64,000 bases of DNA from Chloroflexota bacterium (GTDB lineage Bacteria; Chloroflexota; UBA11872), in contig CBDEVI010000002.1 in NCBI GenBank assembly GCA_965243625.1, positions 2,201,496 to 2,265,495 on the forward strand. Reading direction: 5' to 3'. The notes beneath the pieces are model-generated. The model saw nothing but the letters and a program-made list of their open reading frames with translations, did no database searches and was not told the DNA's origin. Shown here one piece after another: positions 54,522-64,000 of the stretch. How positions within the stretch are numbered: position 1 is the first letter of the stretch; every line of letters starts with the position of its first letter. The position numbers and the translations under genes were made by a program.

Positions 54522-55850
54522 GTGAGTATTCGCGTGATTCAGGGCGCCGATGTCGTGCGCCGGGAGCTGATCGCCAGGCACGGTGAGCTGGCCGTCGTCA
54601 ACGAGGCGGCGCGGCAACGCGCGTCGGCGGTCTTTGGCGAGTCCCTGAGCCCGCGGGCGTTCGTAGCCAAGGTGGTCGAGCGCGTGCGCGCCGACGGCGA
54701 CGACGCGCTGCGAGCGATCGGCGCCAAGGTGGGTGATCGAATCCCATCGCGGTTTGAGGTCGGCCCGGCGGAGCTGGCAGCAGCGCGCGCCAAGGCTCCG
54801 TCCGATCTGGCGGCGGACCTCGCAACCGCCGCCGAACGCATCCGGGCCTTCCACCAGCGCCAGATGCCGAGAGACTTCTTCGACGAGGTAACCGGTGTGG
54901 GGCAGCGCTGGACGCCCGTCGAGCGCGCCGGGATTCACATTCCCGGCGCGTCCGGTCCGCTGGCCTCGTCGGTGCTGATGACGGCCATCCCGGCGCGCGT
55001 GGCGGGCGTGCGCGAGATCGTGGTTTGCACGCCCGCCGCCGAGTCCGGCATCGACCCCGTCATCGCCCTCGCCGCCCATGTGGCCCAGGTCGATCGGGTG
55101 TTCCTGGTTTCCGGCGCGCAGGCGATCGCGGCCATGGCCATTGGAACGGCGTCGGTGCCCCGCTGCGACGCGGTCGTCGCCCCCGGAAACGCCTGGGTGG
55201 TGCTGGCGACGCGCGAGGTGTTCGGGCTCACCGGGGTGAGCGTGCTGCCGGGACCGACCGAAACCCTGGTCATCGCCGACGCGAGCGCCGATCCGGCGGA
55301 TGTGGCGGCGGACCTCATCGCCCAGGCCGAGCACGGCGGCCCGGCCAGCCCCATCGCCCTCACCGACTCTGCCGGGCTTGCCGACGAGATCGTCCAAGAG
55401 ATCGAGCGCCAACTAGAGCTGCTGCCGCGCCGGGAAGTCGCCGCCGACAGCTTTGCCGCCCGGGGCGGCGTGGGCGTGGTGGCGAATCTGGACGAGGCCG
55501 TGACACTGGCGAACGAATACGCGCCCGAGCACCTGTGCCTGCTGGTGGCCGATCCGCAGCGGCTGCTGGAAGGGGTGCGCAACGCCGGCGGCGTGTTCGT
55601 CGGCGCCTGCTCGCCCGAGGTGCACGGCGACTACGTGGCCGGTCCGAGTCACGTCATGCCCACCGGGGGCACGGCGCGGTTCGCGTCGCCGTGCGGGGTT
55701 TACGCGTTTCTCAAAGCCATGAGCGTGGTGGGGCTCGACGCGGCCGACTCTCAGCGATTGGCGCCGGTGGCCGCCCGCATGGCGCGCGCGGAACGGCTGG
55801 AAGGCCACGCGCGGGCCGCCGAGCGCCGGCGGAAACCCGCCGGGCCGTGA
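54522..55850 (+). CDS. hisD: Histidinol dehydrogenase
   Basis: SSVLM, GAQAIAA, GPTE, QAEH, APEHL, GDYVAGPSHVMPT. Confidence 0.93.
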   Translation: MSIRVIQGADVVRRELIARHGELAVVNEAARQRASAVFGESLSPRAFVAKVVERVRADGDDALRAIGAKVGDRIPSRFEVGPAELAAARAKAPSDLAADLATAAERIRAFHQRQMPRDFFDEVTGVGQRWTPVERAGIHIPGASGPLASSVLMTAIPARVAGVREIVVCTPAAESGIDPVIALAAHVAQVDRVFLVSGAQAIAAMAIGTASVPRCDAVVAPGNAWVVLATREVFGLTGVSVLPGPTETLVIADASADPADVAADLIAQAEHGGPASPIALTDSAGLADEIVQEIERQLELLPRREVAADSFAARGGVGVVANLDEAVTLANEYAPEHLCLLVADPQRLLEGVRNAGGVFVGACSPEVHGDYVAGPSHVMPTGGTARFASPCGVYAFLKAMSVVGLDAADSQRLAPVAARMARAERLEGHARAAERRRKPAGP

Positions 55851-55892
55851 CTACAATGGCGCGGCAACACGCGCACGAGAGGGTCGCCGGCA

Positions 55893-56492
55893 TTGGCTGA
55901 CCGCACCGCTTCCGTCCAGCGAACAACGGACGAGACCGACGTCACGGTGACCGTGGACATCGACGGCACCGGCCAGTTCGAGGGATCCACGGGCATCGGG
56001 TTCCTGGATCACATGCTCGCCCAGATCGCCAAGCACGGCATGTTCGACCTCGACGTCAACGCCACGGGCGATCTCAACGTCGACGGTCACCACACGGCCG
56101 AGGATGTGGGCATCACGCTGGGCAAGGCGTGCAACGACGCCCTGGGCGATCGCGCGGGAATCGCCCGCATGGCCGACGCCACCGTGCCCATGGACGAGGC
56201 GCTGGCCAACGTGGCCGTGGACCTGGCCGGGCGCGACCATCTGTCGTTCGACGCGGAGTTCCAGCAGGACGCGATCGGCGACCTCGAGTCCTCGCTCATC
56301 GAGCACTTCATTGGGTCGTTCGCCCGCCACCTGGGCGCGGCGGTGCACGTGCGGCTGCTCGCCGGGCGCGACGACCACCACAAGGCCGAAGCCATCTTCA
56401 AGGCGCTGGCGCGCGCCCTCGACGCGGCCACCGCGCTGGATCCGCGCCGCGAGGGCCAGGTGCCCAGCACCAAGGGCACCCTCGAAACCTAG
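55893..56492 (+). CDS. hisB: Imidazoleglycerol-phosphate dehydratase
   Basis: FLDHML, DGHHTAED, PMDEAL, DHHKAEAIFK, PSTKG. Confidence 0.96.
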   Translation: MADRTASVQRTTDETDVTVTVDIDGTGQFEGSTGIGFLDHMLAQIAKHGMFDLDVNATGDLNVDGHHTAEDVGITLGKACNDALGDRAGIARMADATVPMDEALANVAVDLAGRDHLSFDAEFQQDAIGDLESSLIEHFIGSFARHLGAAVHVRLLAGRDDHHKAEAIFKALARALDAATALDPRREGQVPSTKGTLET

Positions 56493-56501
56493 CCGCGGCC
56501 G

Positions 56502-57242
56502 GTGAAGAACCGGCTGGATGTCGAGCTGGTCCGTCGCGGACTGGCGCCCACGCGAGCCCAGGCGCGGCAGTACGTCCGTGACGGCTTCGTGCGGGTTGAC
56601 GGTGAAGGGGCCAGGCGACCGGGGCGCGTCGTGGGGTCCGACGCGGCCATCGACGTGGACCCGGAAGCGTCGCGCTACGTGGGACGCGGCGGGCGCAAGC
56701 TGGCCTTCGCCCTGGACCGATTCGGCCTGGACCCGCGCGGGCTCCGCGTGCTCGACGTGGGCGCCGGAACCGGCGGCTTCACCGACGTGCTGCTCCAGCG
56801 CGGCGCCGCGCACGTGGTCGCCGTGGACGTCGGGCATGGGCAACTCGCGGAGGCTCTGCGCGAGGACTCGCGGGTAAACGTCAGCGAAGGCACGGACGTC
56901 AGGGATCTCGGCGCCATCGAGCCGGCAGTCGATGCGGTCGTCGCCGACCTCGCCTTCATCCGGCTGCGCGACGTGCTCGACTCGCTGGTTCGCGCGGCGC
57001 CGGCGGCGCAATGGATGGTCGTGCTGCTCAAGCCGCAGTTCGAGCTGCCGGGCAAGAGCGTGCCCGCGGACGGCGTGGTCAAAAGCCAGGCGCAGCGCGA
57101 TGCGGTGCTGCAGGACTTTCAGTCTTGGCTGGCCCGCGCCGGCTACGTCGAGGTGGCCGCGTGCCCCAGTCCGGTGCCCGGCGTCGGCGGCAACCGGGAG
57201 ACCTTCGTGCACCTGGCGCCGCCGTGGCCCGCGCCCCACTAG
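56502..57242 (+). CDS. tlyA: TlyA family rRNA 2'-O-methyltransferase
   Basis: S4 domain RLD..L..RGLA, YVGRGG.KL, DVGAGTGGFTD, KPQFE. Confidence 0.9.
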   Translation: MKNRLDVELVRRGLAPTRAQARQYVRDGFVRVDGEGARRPGRVVGSDAAIDVDPEASRYVGRGGRKLAFALDRFGLDPRGLRVLDVGAGTGGFTDVLLQRGAAHVVAVDVGHGQLAEALREDSRVNVSEGTDVRDLGAIEPAVDAVVADLAFIRLRDVLDSLVRAAPAAQWMVVLLKPQFELPGKSVPADGVVKSQAQRDAVLQDFQSWLARAGYVEVAACPSPVPGVGGNRETFVHLAPPWPAPH

Positions 57243-57272
57243 AATGCGGCAAAGTCGGCGACGGGCCATGCC

Positions 57273-58136
57273 ATGCGCGTTGGATTGCTCTATCAGCCTC
57301 ATATCGCGGCGTCGATTCGCCACGCCGACCGCGTGCGCGAGCGGCTTGGAGACCTTGGCGTCGATGCGTGGGCGTCGTCGTCGTTCGAAATCGTCGACGA
57401 ACCGGACGCGATCGAGGGCTCCGATCTCCTCCTGACGTTCGGCGGCGACGGCACGGTGCTGCGCGCCGCGCGCACCGCGGCGCCGTTCGGCGTGCCCTGC
57501 GCGGGCGTCAACTACGGACGCATCGGGTTTCTAACCGAATTCAGCGGCGCCGACCTGGATGCCCGCTTGCCCGACCTCGTGGCTGGGCGCTATTGGATCG
57601 AGCCCCGCCTGCTCATCGACTGGACCCACACGGGTAGCGGCGGGGCGGAGATGCGCGGCATTGCCGCGGGTGACGTGGTGGTCGGCCGCGGGCGCATCGC
57701 GCGGGTCGTCGAGGTCGAGGTTCGCATCGACGACGCCGAGCTGACCACCTACACCGCCGACGGCGTGATCGTGGCGACGCCCACCGGCACCACGGGCTAC
57801 ACCCAGGCCGCCGGCGGCCCCGTGCTGCACCCCGAGGTGCGTGAGCTGGTCGTGACCCCGATTGCGCCATTCCTGACGCCGGCCAACTCGATCGTCGTGG
57901 GGCGGGACGTCACCATCGACATCGGCGTGCGCACCACGCACGAGGCCACGCTGTCGATCGACGGCCAAACGCAATACATGCTGGACGCCGGCGATCGCGT
58001 GGTGTGCCGCGCATCCAAACACGTGGCCCAGTTCGCGAGGATGCAGTCGCGCAGCTACTTCTACGCCACGCTGGCTGAGAAGCTGCGCTGGCGAGTGCCC
58101 CACCAGCTGGCGCGACCCTCGAACGCGGATTCCTAA
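57273..58136 (+). CDS. nadK: NAD(+) kinase
   Basis: GGDGT, GRIGFL, ADGVIVATPTGTTGY..AAGGP. Confidence 0.9.
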   Translation: MRVGLLYQPHIAASIRHADRVRERLGDLGVDAWASSSFEIVDEPDAIEGSDLLLTFGGDGTVLRAARTAAPFGVPCAGVNYGRIGFLTEFSGADLDARLPDLVAGRYWIEPRLLIDWTHTGSGGAEMRGIAAGDVVVGRGRIARVVEVEVRIDDAELTTYTADGVIVATPTGTTGYTQAAGGPVLHPEVRELVVTPIAPFLTPANSIVVGRDVTIDIGVRTTHEATLSIDGQTQYMLDAGDRVVCRASKHVAQFARMQSRSYFYATLAEKLRWRVPHQLARPSNADS

Positions 58137-58141
58137 GTCGC

Positions 58142-59917
58142 GTGCTGCTCCGGCTGCGCGTGCAGAACCTGGCCCTGATCGACTCTGTCGAGCTGGCGCT
58201 GGAGCCGGGTTTCAACGTGCTTACCGGCGAGACGGGCGCCGGCAAGTCGATTCTCATCGACGCGATCGACCTGCTGCTGGGGCGTCGGGCCCGGCCCGAC
58301 GACGTGCGCGCCGGCGCGCGGGCGGCGTACGTGGACGGCGTGTTTGCGCCGCCGGCGAGCACGGCCCTCGCCGCCACGCTGGAGGCGTACGGCATCGAGC
58401 CGGAAGAGTCGCTGGTCGTTTCGCGGGAGGTGATCGTCAACGGCGTGGCGCGCTCGGTGGCGCGCGTCAACGGGCGCGCCGTGCCGGTGCGAGCCCTGGC
58501 CGAGCTGGGGCCCCACCTGATCGATATTCACGGGCAGGTGGAGCATCAGTCGCTCTTTCGCCCCGCGCGGCAGCTCGAGTACCTCGACCGCTATGGCGGC
58601 CTCACGCGGGAGCGGTCCGAGGTGGCCCAATTGGTGGACCGCTGGCGCGCCCTCGAGGCCGAAGACGCGGAGCTGCGGCGGGACGTTCGCGAGACCGCGC
58701 GCCTGATCGACCTGCTGTCATTCCAGGTGAATGAGATCGAAGGGGCGGGCCTGTCGGCTGACGAAGACGAGGCGCTGCGCGTGGAGCGCCAGGTGCTGGC
58801 CAACGCGCAGCGCCTGCGCGAGCTGGCCGGCGTCTCCGAGCGCCTGCTGACGGGCGACGACGCCGGGGCGGCGGTGGACCGCCTGGGCGAGGCGATGGCA
58901 ACCCTGGCCGAGATCGCCGACCTCGATCCGGCGGTCAGGCCCGCGGCGGATCAGATCGCCGAGGCGCAGGCCGTGATCACGGACGCGGCGCAGTCCGTTG
59001 CCGCCTACGCCGCGAACATCGAATCCGATCCGGCCCGGTTGGAGGAGATCAACGCGCGGCTCGACCTGCTGGAGACGCTCAAGCGCAAATACGGCGATTC
59101 GCTGGCCGACGTGCTCGCCTTTGCCGACGATGCCCGTCGCCAGCTCTCGGAGCTGGGGGCCGCCGACGACCGGCGGCGGGGACTTGCCGCCGAGCAGGCT
59201 GCGATCGAATCCGATCTCGCGCGCGCCGCGCAGGACCTGCGCACGCGCCGGCTGGCCGCCGCCAAGCGGCTGACGCGGGTGATTGCCCGCGAGCTGGCGG
59301 ACCTCAACCTGCCCGACGCCGCCGTGGAGTTTCCGCTGGAGACGCGGGCCGATGCCGCTGGGATTCTGGTGGACGGCGACGAGGAGCCGGTGGCATTCGA
59401 TCGATCGGGTGTGGACGCGGGTGAGATGCAGCTCAGCGTGAACCGCGGGCAGCCGGTTCGAGCGCTGGCCGCGGTTGCCTCAGGTGGGGAAATGTCGCGC
59501 ATTCTGCTCGGGCTCAAGTCGGCGCTTGCCGCCGCCGACGAGACGCCGACGCTGATCTTCGACGAGATCGACGTCGGCGTGGGCGGACGCAGCGGCGACG
59601 TCGTTGGGCAAAAGCTGGCCCGGCTGGCGCGGGCCCACCAGGTCTTGTGCGTAACTCACCTGCCCTCGGTCGCCGCCTTCGCCGACACCCACTTCGTGGT
59701 GGAGAAACACGACGAGGCGGCGGGCACCGTGACCGACGTGCGGCGCCTCGACCCAGACGCCGTGGTCGAGGAAATCGCGGCCATGGGCGGCAGCCGCACC
59801 ACTGCCGGACGGCGCGTGGCACGCGATCTCCTGGCCGACGCGGAGTCCTGGAAGGACGCCGGCCGCTCCGAGCCATCCGGTGGGTATGCCACGGAGGCCG
59901 CGGCGCGCCGATGCTAG
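58142..59917 (+). CDS. recN: DNA repair protein RecN
   Basis: TGETGAGKS, IHGQ, ASGGEMSR, IFDEID.GVGG, VTHLP. Confidence 0.96.
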   Translation: MLLRLRVQNLALIDSVELALEPGFNVLTGETGAGKSILIDAIDLLLGRRARPDDVRAGARAAYVDGVFAPPASTALAATLEAYGIEPEESLVVSREVIVNGVARSVARVNGRAVPVRALAELGPHLIDIHGQVEHQSLFRPARQLEYLDRYGGLTRERSEVAQLVDRWRALEAEDAELRRDVRETARLIDLLSFQVNEIEGAGLSADEDEALRVERQVLANAQRLRELAGVSERLLTGDDAGAAVDRLGEAMATLAEIADLDPAVRPAADQIAEAQAVITDAAQSVAAYAANIESDPARLEEINARLDLLETLKRKYGDSLADVLAFADDARRQLSELGAADDRRRGLAAEQAAIESDLARAAQDLRTRRLAAAKRLTRVIARELADLNLPDAAVEFPLETRADAAGILVDGDEEPVAFDRSGVDAGEMQLSVNRGQPVRALAAVASGGEMSRILLGLKSALAAADETPTLIFDEIDVGVGGRSGDVVGQKLARLARAHQVLCVTHLPSVAAFADTHFVVEKHDEAAGTVTDVRRLDPDAVVEEIAAMGGSRTTAGRRVARDLLADAESWKDAGRSEPSGGYATEAAARRC

Positions 59918-60017
59918 GCTCGCAGCTACCTGCCCCGCCGGGGCAGGCCGCGTTTTCCGCGTGCGAAGCAGCGGAGGCCCCTCGCGCGCCGCACGCCCGG
60001 CATCGACCGGAGTTCGG

Positions 60018-61574
60018 ATGATCAACGCCAGCGCTCGCCGGGCGGCATGGTCGGGCGTTGCGCTGCCGCGGCCCAGCTTTCGCGGGACGGCCTACGGCCG
60101 GAAGGCGCTGGGCCTTCGGCTCTTGCAGCTGGCCCGCCGACGACAGCGCGCCCGCGCGCTGGCCCTGGCGCCGCGCCTGGTCACGGTGGGAATCGCCGGC
60201 ACGCTCATCATCGCCGTGCCGGCCGCGTGGCTGGGCGGTCCCGATCTCCTGGTCCCAGCCGGCATCGCCCTCGCACTGGCCGGCGTCGTCGTGCTGGCCG
60301 GGGTGGCACTCCATGTGCCGGCGCCCCACGAGGTGGCGCTGGCCTACGACAACCGCGCGGGTCTGCACGAGCGCCTCTCGACGGCGATTGCCGAGCTTCG
60401 AAACATCGATTCCGACGTGCGCGAATTGCAACACGCCGACGCGCTGGCGGCCGCGGGTCGCCTGAATCCCGGCGGGGCCATGCCGTACGGCGTGTCCAGA
60501 CGCGATCTATTGACCATGGCGCTGGCGGCCGCCGCGCTTGCGGCGTGGGTGGCCGCCATTTCCCTGACCCCGTTTTGGCGCACGATCAACCCGCCGCTTT
60601 CCCTCGATCAAGGCGAGGTCGAGCAGTCCGACGCCGCGGCTCCGGCGCCGGGAGCGCCGGGCGATGCAGCGGCTGCGATCGATCCGACGACGGCCGCGGA
60701 GATAGAGCGCATGCAGGCGGCGATCGATGAGTTGCGGGCGCAACTCGATCCCGAAGCCGGCACGGCGGCGCAGGCGCTCCACGAAGCCTCGGAGCATCTG
60801 CGCCTGTCGGACGAGGGACGGCGGCTCGGTCGCGAGCTTGGCAATCGCGAATACGCGGCCGCGGCGTCGGAGCTGCGCCGCCTCGCCGCCGAGCTGTCGC
60901 AGCTGAGCGCGGCCCAACGGGAGGAGCTGGGCGAGCGATTCGGCGAAGCGGCAGCGGCCGCTGACGCGGATCCTCGGCTGGCGGAACCGATGCAGGAACT
61001 GGCGGACGCCCTGGACAGCGGCCGGCTGAGCGACGCGCGCACCAGCTTCGAGGAACTGGCCAGCATGCTCGAAGCCGTCGAGGCATCGGCCGCCGGCAAT
61101 GCGGCGATGCAGCAGGAGCTGGCGGCCCTCGAGTCCGAACTGGCCGAAATGCTCGCCGACTCCGGGGCAGGCGCCGGACTGCCGGGCGAGTCCGCTCCGG
61201 ACGAATCCGCGATGCCGGGACAGGGCGGCATGGCCGGCGACGGCAACGCGGCCATGCTGGATCAGCCCACGGGCGCAGGCGGCGGCCTGGGCGGCTCGGC
61301 GGCCGAGGGCCAGGAGGTGCCGGCCAACATCGAGGGCCTGGCCGCCAATCAACGGCTGGACGCCGAAGGCCGGCTCGAAACCATATCCATCGACCCGACC
61401 GCCGAAGGCCAGGAGACGGTCATGCGTCCCGTGCTCGAGCTGGGCACGGACGTGTCGCGCGAGTTCGAGCCGTCGGCGGGCAGCCGCGGCACGGCGGTGG
61501 GGCGTCCCGACATGAGCCGCGCGCTGCCGGCGGACCGCCAGATTCTGCTCGACCGCTACTTCTCGACCCCGTAG
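60018..61574 (+). CDS. Hypothetical membrane protein with long coiled coil (MoxR-operon associated)
   Basis: Three TM segments, GLHERLSTA, helical acidic region, C-terminal ..LDRYF. Confidence 0.65.
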   Translation: MINASARRAAWSGVALPRPSFRGTAYGRKALGLRLLQLARRRQRARALALAPRLVTVGIAGTLIIAVPAAWLGGPDLLVPAGIALALAGVVVLAGVALHVPAPHEVALAYDNRAGLHERLSTAIAELRNIDSDVRELQHADALAAAGRLNPGGAMPYGVSRRDLLTMALAAAALAAWVAAISLTPFWRTINPPLSLDQGEVEQSDAAAPAPGAPGDAAAAIDPTTAAEIERMQAAIDELRAQLDPEAGTAAQALHEASEHLRLSDEGRRLGRELGNREYAAAASELRRLAAELSQLSAAQREELGERFGEAAAAADADPRLAEPMQELADALDSGRLSDARTSFEELASMLEAVEASAAGNAAMQQELAALESELAEMLADSGAGAGLPGESAPDESAMPGQGGMAGDGNAAMLDQPTGAGGGLGGSAAEGQEVPANIEGLAANQRLDAEGRLETISIDPTAEGQETVMRPVLELGTDVSREFEPSAGSRGTAVGRPDMSRALPADRQILLDRYFSTP

Positions 61575-61583
61575 GGTGCCAGC

Positions 61584-62582
<999 letters not shown>

Positions 62583-62588
62583 GACACC

Positions 62589-63482
62589 ATGGCCCGGCGG
62601 GCCGAACCGGCCTTCGCTCCGGAGGCCGGGCTGCGCGCCCAGCTGGAACGGCTGGCCGTGGTTTCCAACCGGCCCCATGGGCATCTCCACACGGGCGGGC
62701 GCCGCAGCCGTAAGTCGGGATCGTCCATCGAATTCGCCGACTACCGCTCCTACACGCCGGGGGACGATTTCCGGCAGATCGACTGGAATGTCTACGCCCG
62801 CAGCGACGAGCTGTTCGTCAAGGTCCGCGAATCCGAGGAAACGCTCGTCGTCCACCTGTTCCTGGATGCCAGCGCCTCGATGGCGACGGGCCGGCCGCCG
62901 AAGTTCGAAGTCGCCCAGCGCCTGGCGGCGGCGCTCGGTTGGGTGGCGCTCACCAGCCACGACTACCTGGCCGCGACGCTGATCGGCGGCGACGCCACCC
63001 AGCACTTCCCGCCCCAACAGGGCCGCGCGGCGGCGAGCCGCCTTTACGACTTTCTCGACGCCCAGTCGCCCACCGGCCCCACCCGCCTGGCGGCGTCGGC
63101 GCGCGCCCATGCCGCTCGCGGCGGGCCGCACGGGGTGGCGGTGCTCATATCGGATCTGCTGGCCGACGACGCCACCGAGGCCATCGGCATGTTGGTCGAA
63201 CGGGGCCACGAGCTTGTGGTGATCCACGTGCTCGACGGACAAGGCGTGCAGACGGACTTTGCCGAAGAGGTCGAGTTGGTTGACGTGGAGACCGGCGTCA
63301 ACCTGGATCTCTACGGCGACGCGGCGCTCCTGGCAGCCTTTCGGGCCACCGTGGCGGAGTGGACCAGCGAGCTCCAGGCCTTCTGCCACCGGCGGCATGC
63401 GCGCTACATCCCCATCGAGTCGGAGTGGCCGGTCGAGGAGGTGCTGCTCCGGCGGTTGCGGGCGCATCGCGTGCTGGCATGA
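62589..63482 (+). CDS. DUF58 domain protein
   Basis: GSSIEFADYRSY.PGDD.R.IDWN, LDASASM, LISD. Confidence 0.9.
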   Translation: MARRAEPAFAPEAGLRAQLERLAVVSNRPHGHLHTGGRRSRKSGSSIEFADYRSYTPGDDFRQIDWNVYARSDELFVKVRESEETLVVHLFLDASASMATGRPPKFEVAQRLAAALGWVALTSHDYLAATLIGGDATQHFPPQQGRAAASRLYDFLDAQSPTGPTRLAASARAHAARGGPHGVAVLISDLLADDATEAIGMLVERGHELVVIHVLDGQGVQTDFAEEVELVDVETGVNLDLYGDAALLAAFRATVAEWTSELQAFCHRRHARYIPIESEWPVEEVLLRRLRAHRVLA

Positions 63483-64000
63483 CCTGGGCCGCGCCGCTGG
63501 CGTTCGGATGGCTGGCGTTCATGGCGCTAGTGGGGCTGTTCTACCTGTTGCGACCCAAACGGCAACGAGTCGCCGTGGCCTCGCTGCTGTTGTGGCGGCG
63601 GACGTTGCAGCGTGAGCGCGACGAATCGTGGCTCGACTGGCTGAAGCGGCACCTGCTGCTGATTCTCCAGCTGCTCCTCGTCGCGGCCCTGGCCCTGGCG
63701 CTGGCGCGGCCCGAGTGCACCGGCACGCGCACCGTCGGACCACCGGTGGCGGTGGTGGTGGACGCGTCGATGTCCATGCAGATTGCCGACGTGGGCCGTC
63801 CCCGGATCGAAGCCGCCAAGGACCAGGCGATCGCGTTCGTTCGCACGTTGCCCGCCGACGTTCGCGTGTCGGTGCTCAGCGCCGAAGGCGCGCCGCGGCC
63901 GCTGGTGACGCACAGCGACAACCGATTCGAGGTCGAGGCCGCGATCGACGGGATTCGGCCAACCGCCGCCGAGGGCGCGATTCCGAGCACCCTGGACATT
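63479..64000 (+). CDS. BatA N-terminal + VWA domain protein (runs off window end)
   Basis: Manual translation MTWAAPLA...FYLLRPKR...SLLLWRR...LLLILQLL...ALARP...VVVDASMSM (MIDAS DxSxS); ATGA overlap with DUF58. Confidence 0.85.
   Translation, partial: MTWAAPLAFGWLAFMALVGLFYLLRPKRQRVAVASLLLWRRTLQRERDESWLDWLKRHLLLILQLLLVAALALALARPECTGTRTVGPPVAVVVDASMSMQIADVGRPRIEAAKDQAIAFVRTLPADVRVSVLSAEGAPRPLVTHSDNRFEVEAAIDGIRPTAAEGAIPSTLDI

Overview
High-GC (roughly 70%) bacterial chromosomal segment. Gene content and style are consistent with Chloroflexota, but this is not proven from the sequence. About 60 CDSs are present, mostly housekeeping or metabolic: recA, prs, gpsA, apt, obgE, thrS, hom-thrC, coaE, ribD-ribE-ribBA-ribH, dtd-hisD-hisB-tlyA-nadK-recN, ctaA/ctaB, ABC and MFS transporters, a vapBC toxin-antitoxin pair and a MoxR-DUF58-VWA operon. 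I found no rRNA, tRNA, CRISPR array or transposase. The most striking signal is non-coding. A ~120-bp MITE has GAGACC-N-TTGC...GCAA-N-GGTCTC ends and a 6-bp target duplication (perfect CAAGAG at 496-501/623-628). It carries an internal REP-like hairpin (TGGATTCCCGC-CTTC-GCGGGAATGAC) and repeatedly inserts into that same hairpin, giving Russian-doll nested copies, all in one orientation. Other points of interest are a RibBA with an eroded RibB active site in an operon ending in a DUF3500 gene, a PIG-L-fold probable pseudoenzyme, an amidohydrolase-fold + Rieske pair resembling AibH-type dinuclear oxygenases, a stand-alone CoxII transmembrane fragment, a low-GC orphan gene and a 17-aa small-ORF candidate. 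All product calls are from motif recognition by eye, not database searches.
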